In this document: positions 29,460 through 37,600 of the stretch, piece after piece
Numbering within the stretch: the first letter of the stretch is position 1
Layout: every line of letters begins with the position of its first letter
From: an uncultured Gammaproteobacteria bacterium
GTDB lineage: Bacteria; Patescibacteriota; Microgenomatia; Woykebacterales; RBG-16-39-9b
NCBI GenBank assembly: GCA_964360785.1
Contig: CAYHXX010000003.1
Span: 22,911-86,910, forward strand
Direction: 5' to 3'
DNA length: 64,000 nt
The notes under the pieces: model-generated
Databases searched by the model: none
Told to the model about the DNA's origin: nothing
Seen by the model: only the letters and a program-made list of their open reading frames with translations
Made by a program: the position numbers and the translations under genes

Positions 29460-30596
29460 ATGAACAAAGTTCAAACCAAGGTCATCATTCTTTCAATCGT
29501 GTTGTCGGTAATTATAGGTCTAGGATCTATTTACTTTACCTCTGCCAACCAGAAAAGTGTTCAAGCACTGTTCAAGAGTCGACAAGAAGAAAAAGAGGCT
29601 CTTTTTGATAATTTACTCAAATTGAAATCAGCTTCTCTGCTGTCCTATGCTTACGACTATACCTATTGGGATGAGATGGTCAAGGTAGTAGAAGAGGGAG
29701 ACGAAAAAATTGCCAAAGAAAACATTGACACGAGTCTTGCTACCTACGGAGCCAACGCCGTTTGGGTCTACCGACCAGATTTCTCCTTGGTATATTTTGT
29801 CGGCGATGAAAAGGTAGGCAGTTCTAAGAAAGTTTCACTGGAGACAAACGATTTGGAGAAAGCATTTGGAGCAGGTTTGTTTCCGCATTTTTATATCAAA
29901 ACGGGGGCTGGTTTGATGGAGCTGGCCGGCGCACCAATCCAACCCACAAGTGATACTGAACGCAAGACTACACCGCGCGGTTTTTTTCTGACAGGCAGAC
30001 TTTGGGACAAGGGTTATCTTGATGAACTAGCAGGTTTTATGTTTGGACAGGTAGAGCAAACCAGCACAGACGACAAAGATGGGCATCTGACTGAAAGTAG
30101 TCTAAAAGATGGGGTTATATTTTTCGAAAGACAACTCAATGGTTTTGATGGTAAGCCAGTCGACTCAATTCATGTTGAAGCCACGACACCGACAACTACA
30201 CTTTTGAGCCAAACCACAAACAATCATATGTACTATCAAGTACTATCATCTATTTTTGCTGTCTTTTTGGCAATGTTTTTTCTTGCTCGTTGGATTATCT
30301 ACCCACTTATTCGAGTTTCCAGAAGCCTTGCTGAGGGCGATACTAAGTTTATCGCAAGCCTAACAAAAAAGCGCGATGAGTTTGGGCAAGTGGCACAGCT
30401 GATAGTAAAGTTCTTTGAGCAAAAAGTATTACTGGAAAAAGAGGTAGCGGAACACTTTAGGGCAGAGAAAGAGATGCAAAGACAAAAGGACGAGCTTGAA
30501 CGAATCAACAAGACCATGATTGACAGAGAATTAAAAATGATTGAATTGAAAGAAAGAATTGCCGACCTTGAATCTAACTTAAAGGAAGAGAAATAA
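29460..30596 (+). CDS. Membrane sensor with a CHASE4-like periplasmic domain, TM helix, HAMP and coiled coil, and no output domain.
   Basis: N-terminal TM. LLSYAYDYTYWDEMVKVVEEGD resembles the CHASE4 DYA-WDDTY motif. Second TM. HAMP-like IYPLIRVSRSLAEGDTKF...GQVAQLIVKFFEQK. C-terminal coiled coil. The stop is 2 nt before the kinase gene. Confidence 0.5.
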   Translation: MNKVQTKVIILSIVLSVIIGLGSIYFTSANQKSVQALFKSRQEEKEALFDNLLKLKSASLLSYAYDYTYWDEMVKVVEEGDEKIAKENIDTSLATYGANAVWVYRPDFSLVYFVGDEKVGSSKKVSLETNDLEKAFGAGLFPHFYIKTGAGLMELAGAPIQPTSDTERKTTPRGFFLTGRLWDKGYLDELAGFMFGQVEQTSTDDKDGHLTESSLKDGVIFFERQLNGFDGKPVDSIHVEATTPTTTLLSQTTNNHMYYQVLSSIFAVFLAMFFLARWIIYPLIRVSRSLAEGDTKFIASLTKKRDEFGQVAQLIVKFFEQKVLLEKEVAEHFRAEKEMQRQKDELERINKTMIDRELKMIELKERIADLESNLKEEK

Positions 30597-30598
30597 GA

Positions 30599-32935
30599 AT
30601 GGATACACCAGAAAAAGTTTCTAGTGATGTTGATTTTTCTCAAAAATCCAAGCTGATTTATCAGTTTTCTAGTGTTGGTTTCGTTTCTCTGATTCTTTTT
30701 GGGATCGTCAACTTAACACAAGGGCAAACTTCTTCCGGAATAACTGAGCTTATTTTTGGTTTGGCTATTCTGGGCAATATGGCCTATCTACACTGGCAAG
30801 GTGACGTAGAATTTGCTGCCAATGGTGTACTTTTGCTGATGCTTGGGGTACTGACTTTTCTCCTTGTTGATGGTGGTATTGATAAATCCGGGCTTTTTTG
30901 GTTTTATACTTACCCGGCCTTGGCTTTTTTTCTCAAAGGTCGGAAAAAGGGTGTAGTTTGGATTTCGGTGCTGCTATCAATGGTAGTACTAGTTACTGTA
31001 ATGAGTATGTTAGCTTTGGTGGAAATACCTTTCTCCGATGTGATTATCCGCCAACTCTTGGTTAGTTTATTCGTTGTTTCTTTTTTGATTTATCTCTACC
31101 AACAGGTTAATGAGAAGAAAGAGAAGTTGCTCGAAACCGATCGCCAAGATCATGAAAAGCAAACGCATATTCTTGAGGAAAAGGACTTGGTTATCCAAGA
31201 GACCTTAAAAGGAGTTGAGGAGCAAAATCAAAATTTGTCCAATACCAAGCTGGCAATGCTCAATGTTTTGGAAGACGCCAAGGAATTGCAGACAAAACTA
31301 CAATCTCAAACTGATGAATTGCGCAAATTCCAACTCGCAACCGAAAGTTCCTATGAGCACATAATTATCACTGACAGTAAAGGTGTGATTCTCTACGCCA
31401 ACCCCGGAGCGGCGCGCAACACTGGTTATTCGATTGAAGAAATGATTGGCAAGACGACGGCTCTTTGGGGTGGTCAGATGGACAAAGATTACTACCAGAA
31501 GATGTGGCAGACTTTGGTTAAAGATAAACAGCCTTTTGTCAGTGAAATTACCAATAAACGCAAAAACGGTGATAAATATATCGCCCAGTTAAAAATCTCA
31601 CCGATTTTGGACGACAAAGATGAAATTAAGTTTTTTGTCGGTTTGGAAAACGATATCACCAAAGAACGAGAACTAACTACGCATCTGCGTGAAGAGAAGG
31701 CGAATGTTGAGCTCAAGGTGCAGGCACGGACAAAAGAGCTTCAAGATGAGCAGGGGAAATTACAGGCTTCAATCAACAGTTTGAATGTTGGTTTTGTAAT
31801 GACCGATACTGCCTACAATGTTGTTAATATCAATAGCACGGCTAAGCGAATTCTTTGTATTAACGATTTCAAGACAATATTGAAGGATCCAAGTAGTATT
31901 GGTTCCAATTGTAGTTTGGAAGATATCGAAGCGAACCTAAAAAATGTTGTTGATCTTCGACAAAATATCAAAAAATGTTTGAGCGAGAAAAATATTATCA
32001 ATATTGACGATATCAGCTTTAACAACCGCTTTCTGCACTTTTTCCTCTCGCCAATCGCACTCTACCGTGAAAAACTGGATATCATCGGTGTTGTAATTTT
32101 GGTTGAGGATGTCACTGAAGCCAAAATTTTGGCCAGATCCAAAGACGAGTTTTTCTCAATCGCTTCCCATGAGTTGCGCACACCTCTGACCGCGATTCGG
32201 GGAAACACGGCTTTGATGAAAGATTACTACTTTGACAAAATCCGAGATAAAGATTTGAAAGTTATGATCACTGATATTCATGAATCTTCAGTACGACTAA
32301 TACAAATCGTCAATGATTTTTTGGATACTTCTCGTTTGGAGCAAGGTCGGATCGATTTCCACAACGAAGACTTTGACTTGCCAACGGTGATTGAGGAAGT
32401 TGCTAAGGAACTAGAACCCAATCTTGCAGCTGCGGAACTCTATTTAAAGCTGAAGCCATCCAATGTCCCGATCCCACTTGTGATTGCCGATCGCGATCGG
32501 GTTAAACAAATTTTGATCAATTTGATCGGCAATGCGATTAAATTTACCGAAGAAGGCGGAATTTCAATTGCACTGTCCCCAAAGTCCTCATCTGTGAAGC
32601 TTTCAATAACCGATACTGGTAAGGGTTTGACCGAGGAGAATAAAAATTTGCTTTTCCGCAAGTTCCAGCAAGCAGAGGACAATATTTTGACTCGGGATGC
32701 GACGCGGGGGACAGGGCTTGGGCTCTATATTTCCAAGCTTTTGATTGAGGGTATGGGCGGGAAAATCTATTTGGAGGCTTCCGAAGAGAAGAAAGGTTCA
32801 ACTTTTAGCCTTGAATTGCCAGCAGTGGCCAAGATCGAATTGGTCGCTCCGGAGACAGCAGAGGGTCCAAAGAAGAGTAAAAGAAAATTTAAACCAAGTA
32901 ACACTCCAGCAAAAAAGAAAGTTGTCAAAAAATAG
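30599..32935 (+). CDS. Sensor histidine kinase: N-terminal multi-TM region, PAS domain, HisKA and HATPase_c.
   Basis: H-box FFSIASHELRTPLTAIRG. N-box IGNAIKFTEEGG. G-boxes ITDTGKGL and GTGLGLYISKLLIE. PAS-like region around ...ATESSYEHIIITDSKGVILYANPG... Confidence 0.85.
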   Translation: MDTPEKVSSDVDFSQKSKLIYQFSSVGFVSLILFGIVNLTQGQTSSGITELIFGLAILGNMAYLHWQGDVEFAANGVLLLMLGVLTFLLVDGGIDKSGLFWFYTYPALAFFLKGRKKGVVWISVLLSMVVLVTVMSMLALVEIPFSDVIIRQLLVSLFVVSFLIYLYQQVNEKKEKLLETDRQDHEKQTHILEEKDLVIQETLKGVEEQNQNLSNTKLAMLNVLEDAKELQTKLQSQTDELRKFQLATESSYEHIIITDSKGVILYANPGAARNTGYSIEEMIGKTTALWGGQMDKDYYQKMWQTLVKDKQPFVSEITNKRKNGDKYIAQLKISPILDDKDEIKFFVGLENDITKERELTTHLREEKANVELKVQARTKELQDEQGKLQASINSLNVGFVMTDTAYNVVNINSTAKRILCINDFKTILKDPSSIGSNCSLEDIEANLKNVVDLRQNIKKCLSEKNIINIDDISFNNRFLHFFLSPIALYREKLDIIGVVILVEDVTEAKILARSKDEFFSIASHELRTPLTAIRGNTALMKDYYFDKIRDKDLKVMITDIHESSVRLIQIVNDFLDTSRLEQGRIDFHNEDFDLPTVIEEVAKELEPNLAAAELYLKLKPSNVPIPLVIADRDRVKQILINLIGNAIKFTEEGGISIALSPKSSSVKLSITDTGKGLTEENKNLLFRKFQQAEDNILTRDATRGTGLGLYISKLLIEGMGGKIYLEASEEKKGSTFSLELPAVAKIELVAPETAEGPKKSKRKFKPSNTPAKKKVVKK

Positions 32936-32951
32936 CTGGTAACAGTATAAT
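32922..32951 (+). promoter_or_regulatory. Promoter TTGTCA-18-TATAAT, 6 nt upstream of the receiver ATG at 32958. It lies inside the 3' end of the kinase gene.
   Basis: Perfect -10 and 5/6 -35. Confidence 0.45.
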
Positions 32952-32957
32952 CTCATT

Positions 32958-33350
32958 ATGGCAAAAATATTGATAATCGAAGACGACCCTCTGATGTCTC
33001 GGTTGTACGAGAAGATTTTTACCTTTGAAAAATATGAAGTCGTCTTGGCAGATAATGGCCAGGACGGATTGGATAAGGCGAGAACTGAGAGTCCGACACT
33101 GATATTGCTTGATATCATGATGCCGAAAATGAATGGCCTACAGGTCTTAGAGAAGCTTAAGGCCGATCCGGACCTAAAAAAGATCCCGGTCGTGATGCTC
33201 ACCAACCTAGCTGGGGATAAAGATGCCGAGACAGCGCTAGCCAAGGGTGCAGTCAAATATATTATCAAAAGTAATCAAGATCCCAAGCAAGTTTCCGGCA
33301 TGGTCAAAGAAATTCTTGCCGGTTACACCCGCGACGAAATCCCTACCTAA
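32958..33350 (+). CDS. Stand-alone response-regulator receiver domain.
   Basis: MAKILIIEDDPLMSRLYEKIF...LLDIMMPKMNGLQVLEKLK...PVVMLTNL...KYIIKS. Paralogue of 24393..24767. Confidence 0.8.
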   Translation: MAKILIIEDDPLMSRLYEKIFTFEKYEVVLADNGQDGLDKARTESPTLILLDIMMPKMNGLQVLEKLKADPDLKKIPVVMLTNLAGDKDAETALAKGAVKYIIKSNQDPKQVSGMVKEILAGYTRDEIPT

Positions 33351-33354
33351 TATC

Positions 33355-33376
33355 TTGACAAGGCCCGTCCTTGCAG
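33355..33376. repeat. REP-like palindrome TTGACAAGG-CCCGT-CCTTGCAG, immediately 5' of the RAYT gene.
   Basis: Perfect consensus copy 15 nt upstream of the RAYT ATG. Confidence 0.7.
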
Positions 33377-33390
33377 AGTAAATTACTCCC

Positions 33391-34050
33391 ATGCCAATTC
33401 GCAAAACTAGTTTTTTTGAAAATGGTTTTTATCATGTCTACAACCGCGGCGTCGAGAAGCGGGAGATTTTTCTTGACGAAAAAGATTACCAATCTTTTGT
33501 CGGTATTTTAAAAACTTATCTTTCAGAAGATATATCAAACAATAGTGAAATTACGTTGCAAGGACGGGCCTTGCAGGGCAAACGAATCAGAAAACATAGC
33601 CTTGGCGAGGAAGTGAGTCTGGTTGCATATTGCTTGATGCCGAATCACTTTCATCTATTGCTGCAGCAAAGATTCTCAACGTCGATTACAAATTTTATGC
33701 GTCGGGTTCTAACAGCCTACTCGATGTATTTCAATGATCGTTACGAACGGGTAGGGAGTTTATTCCAGGGCCGCTTCCAAGCCAAAGATATTTCCAATGA
33801 CGAATACCTATTGCATTTAACTCGTTACATTCACCGCAACCCAGTCGAAGCAAAAATAGTTAAAATTCAAAACTTAGAAAAATTTAAGTGGTCCTCTTAC
33901 CAAAATTATCTGGGGTTAAAGGAGGTCGTTTGGGTGAAGTCAAAAGCAATTCTTGATTACTTTTCGTCAATAGAGAGCAACAAAGACTACAGGAGTTTTG
34001 TTGAATTCGAGTCGGAAGAAAATCTTCCAGAAAGTTTACAAATTGACTAA
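33391..34050 (+). CDS. IS200/IS605-family HUH tyrosine transposase of REP-associated (RAYT-like) type.
   Basis: YHVYNRG...LMPNHFHLLLQQ (HUH motif)...LTRYIHRNPVEAKIV (catalytic Tyr). Single copy, bracketed by REP palindromes at 33355 and 34057, with one more inside at 33556. Confidence 0.75.
   Translation: MPIRKTSFFENGFYHVYNRGVEKREIFLDEKDYQSFVGILKTYLSEDISNNSEITLQGRALQGKRIRKHSLGEEVSLVAYCLMPNHFHLLLQQRFSTSITNFMRRVLTAYSMYFNDRYERVGSLFQGRFQAKDISNDEYLLHLTRYIHRNPVEAKIVKIQNLEKFKWSSYQNYLGLKEVVWVKSKAILDYFSSIESNKDYRSFVEFESEENLPESLQID
33556..33576. repeat. REP-like palindrome in inverted orientation (TTGCAAGG-ACGGG-CCTTGCAG), inside the RAYT CDS and in frame.
   Basis: Encodes ..LQGRALQG.. within an insertion of about 20 aa between the YHV and HUH motifs. 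Confidence 0.55.
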
Positions 34051-34056
34051 AATTAG

Positions 34057-34133
34057 CCTGCAAGGCCCTGTCTGCCGACCAGTCTGCCGACCAGTCTGCC
34101 GACAGGCAAGACAGGCACGACCGTCCTTGCAAG
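34057..34133. repeat. Composite REP: the stem arms CCTGCAAGGCCC and CCGTCCTTGCAAG are separated by a 52-nt insert containing 3 x 12-nt tandem repeats (cTGTCTGCCGAC / CAGTCTGCCGAC x2).
   Basis: Tandem units at 34068-34103. Located 3' of the RAYT gene. Confidence 0.6.
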
Positions 34134-34226
34134 TACTAGGGTTGGAAGTTAGTTCAGTTAAGGTTATAGAATGTTTATAGGAATTTATATGTCGCTAAAG
34201 CACCATATATTTCTTAAGAAAGTAAT

Positions 34227-34637
34227 ATGAAAAGTGATGAAGAGTTACGAAAAACTTTTAAGATCGCAGTCAATGATACCAATTTGATTCAGGTCGCCAT
34301 TTATTCAAGCGAATCCGATGAAGGTGACAATGGTCGCCAAGCCGAACTTGTTGTCGAGGGAATTGGTCAAATTGTTGGAGCTGATACAAGTAAAACTTAT
34401 AAATTTCTAGTTGATTTATCTGTTTCCGGAACTATTCATTCGCTTTCCCCGAAAGCCCGCAAAGCCTACGAGAGCTTAGGTCGGTTCAATAATATCGACA
34501 AAGCGGCGGTGGTCGGAAAAAGTCTATTTTTGGAAGTCACGGTAAATCTAATCGTCCAAACTCTTGGTCGTGGTAGTAATTTCAAATGGTTTGAAAATAT
34601 TGACGAGGCCAGAAAGTGGTTAGCTGAAGGTCCTTGA
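34227..34637 (+). CDS. Small hypothetical protein, possibly STAS/DUF4325-like.
   Basis: 136 aa. C-terminus ...VVGKSLFLEVTVNLIVQTLGRGSNFKWFENIDEARKWLAE resembles the end of STAS-fold proteins. Its TGA stop lies inside a degenerate REP. Confidence 0.3.
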   Translation: MKSDEELRKTFKIAVNDTNLIQVAIYSSESDEGDNGRQAELVVEGIGQIVGADTSKTYKFLVDLSVSGTIHSLSPKARKAYESLGRFNNIDKAAVVGKSLFLEVTVNLIVQTLGRGSNFKWFENIDEARKWLAEGP

Positions 34638-34655
34638 CAAGTCCCGGCCTTGCAG
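34634..34655. repeat. Degenerate REP-like copy TTGACAAGt-CCCGg-CCTTGCAG.
   Basis: Two substitutions relative to the consensus. It overlaps the TGA stop of 34227..34637 and lies just 3' of the giant gene's stop. Confidence 0.45.
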
Positions 34656-34661
34656 AGCAAG

Positions 34662-37600
34662 TTACTGTTGGTTCAAGATAAACCAGGTGAATTTGATAGC
34701 GGTTGTTGCCGAAGCAGTTGCTTGATCTGGTTGATCTCCACTACTACGTTCCAGTGCCACGACAAAACCCTCTCCGACTTTCTTTTCTTTAATATAAAGT
34801 GACAGCCCATTGGTTTTGGTTGAAGCGGTTAGGTTGATCAGGGATTCCTCTGTCACCTTGTCTGATTCAATAAAGACCTCAGTGGCATCAGCAGCAAAGA
34901 TAGCCTCACCAGCAGTCTTGGCCTCTTTCTTGACCACGGCTTCACCAAAGACCAATTTACCAAAATCACCGACTAATGCAGTTACTTTAGAGAAAAGTGC
35001 TTCGCCAGTGTCAGACACCCAAGCAACTGCTTGGCCAGTTGAATTTTCCCAAACAAATTTTGCTCCAGCCGAAAGAGGTGCAATTAAATCACCATTTTGG
35101 TCTAATGTCACGGTAGTCGCAGTTGTGGTTTCCAAGATTTGTTCTGGAGAAGGAACAAACCAAGTTCGGTTTACAAACACTAAAACTTTACCATCTTCGG
35201 TTGGTTCGTCAGAAGTTTTTGCTTGGTTTTCACTTCCTTGCAGCGTTGCTGATCCAGTCGCGACTGGGTTTTCTGAAGAATTTTCCTGGCCACCTTCTAC
35301 TCCAAGGCCCGGCCTTGGAGGGAAGTCTTCGAGAGCCATACCAATGACAAAACCGGCTTTCTTGGCTTTCATCGCCACTCCAGGAATACCCGAAGAGGTT
35401 AGATAATCACCGGCCTTGATAGGGTCGGCTCCGTTGTTGGTCGTAACGCGCAAGGGTACGCGTCCAGATAGGGCAACCGGATGTCCGCCGGGTTTGTTTT
35501 GGCCCAGTGTGAGTCCCGGTTCAGTCGAAACAATTCCGAGCATTTCATTTTGGTAAGGCTTATCGGTGGCAGTAATAAATTCACCTGTCTTATCGGTATC
35601 AACCGAAACCAAAGTCCCAGCGTCCAAGCCAATATCGGAGTAGTAGTACTCAGCCAAGTCAGCCCCACCGGTGAAGCCAACTTCGAGACCCTGACTACCA
35701 GTAAGAATGATACCGTCTTGAATCAGTTCTCCCCTAATATTAAAGAGTTGGTTGGCAAGATAATCCAGCCCCTGGCCGAGCCGAACATCTCTAGTTTCGG
35801 CATATATGTGAGCCTCCGTACCGATGAGCAAAGCTCTTCCTGAAAGATCTATAGAACGAATATCATCATAGTTCGTGCCAGTCCACTCAACGGCATAGTC
35901 ATCGGTTTGGGCTGAGTTGGAATGAAAGAGATCGGCGATAAGATTAGGTCCGGCTTGGTGGTTATAACAAGTCACGCCGCCACCATCTGCAGTATCATTG
36001 GTACCAATGCACATCTGTCTGGCTTCTCCCAAAGGAGATTCGGCCGTTACACCAACAGCCGTAACTGTATCGGATGCTCCGTATAAAGCCTCCGGGTCGA
36101 CTTCAAAATCAGTGGTCGTATCCGGAGTGGTGGCAAAATTGGATGAAACTGTAAGAGTCGTAGTGGTATTTGAAACAACGCGTCTGGTTTGTCCCACTCC
36201 GGTGCCGCCGGTAAGGGTGACTATCATGCCAGAAAATTCATTCGGAATCCAGGTTTCACCCGAGTCTCCAATAGTGCTTGAAGAAACGGTCGTAGCGTCG
36301 GTTACTGTTATAACTCGTTTTGCTACTAATGGCCGTGCATCGTTATATAAACGGCGGGCAGGAGCGGAGAGTAGTTGGGAAACCGTTGTTGCCCCGCTGC
36401 TGAAAGTAAAGTCGTCGATCGAACCATCCCAGAAGTTCGCGCCGGTAGCGCAGTTGGCAGCCCCTGCACAACTGGCTCCGATACTAGTCACCTGAGAAGC
36501 GGCGTCTACTGTCCCTGCTTGCGGTGTCGCATTGGTTGAATTCAAAATTTGTCCATCTATATACACATTAAGATCGCCGACGTTATCGCGTGCGAGTAAG
36601 AGAAAGTGCCACTGATCATCATTATAGGCAAGCGAGGAAGTCGACGTGATATCGTAAGTCGTGAACTGGGTGAATGTCGTGGTAGCATCAATGGCCCCGA
36701 CAATAGTCCCGGTAGTGGTCATATAGGCGACGACACACCCGACGACCGCGGCCGGTGTGGTGTTGTAGCATTTTTCGTACAAGACTTGCGGGGCAGCCGG
36801 GGCTGTTGTGGAGTGTTTGAACCACATGCTGATATTAAATGCCGTTGTAGTGCTGTTGAAACTAGCATCATTGTCACAGGTGGCGTCAGCATTGGCATCG
36901 GAACAAAGATAGCCCGCGCCACCCAGTGTCACACCCTTGCCGCGGACTCCACTGGCTCCAAGCGTAAAGGTTCCCTTGTAGCTCATATCGGTATTATTGA
37001 AACTGGCATCCTGCGCCAACGTTCCACTTGTTTCATCTAGTGGCAGAGCGGCATCAATAGCATTGGGCATCAACATGGTTTGACGGGTAGTGTTATAGAA
37101 TTTGGACCAACCGTTGGTGACAGTAGCGTTATCATGAATTTCGGTCAGACCCAAACTATGTCCGACATAAATAAGATCCATATTGTCTTGAGCGAGCGAT
37201 CCTCTTTCCACTACTTCCAAGGCGTCGGGCGCATCGGTTTGAATCGCCACCGCTCCCACTGCCAAAGCCGGGCCGACAGCTGAAGTCCAACGCGAAGTAT
37301 ACGTACCAGCTACTTCACTCGTCTTATCAGAATCAATCGCATCCCACTTTTCAGCCTGATCGGTTGTGGAATTCAAGGCATACATTTTACCGCTTTTTGT
37401 CAGGGCGACGGCTTCATAATTATCTGCCAATACATCTGAATATTGGAGCAGCTTTTGGGCTGCCAGGTTGATAATAGTCACTCCTGAATCGGTGGCCAGT
37501 GCCACAAACGATAGTCCTTGCCCGGGGATAACGTTTGTGGTACCACCGATGGTAATCGCCGAAAGACTGCTGTTGACGCTGACTGCGGCGACGTCGTTGA

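Larger units (their letters stand above)
33355..34133 (+). mobile_element. REP - RAYT - REP unit: a Y1 HUH transposase gene flanked by same-orientation REP palindromes, one of them with an expanded loop.
   Basis: TTGACAAGGCCCGTCCTTGCAG at 33355-33376. CCTGCAAGGCCC...CCGTCCTTGCAAG at 34057-34133. Confidence 0.55.

Noticed and set aside
34068-34103. Short tandem array (3 x 12 nt); considered as a possible CRISPR-like array.
   Set aside because: The units are contiguous with no spacers and sit inside a REP loop, so it is a simple tandem repeat.
33998-34180. ORF encoding PVCRPVCRPVCRQARQARP and the antisense ORF 33884..34132 (ADWSADWSADRALQ).
   Set aside because: Both are translations of the 12-nt tandem repeat inside the composite REP, so they are artefactual.
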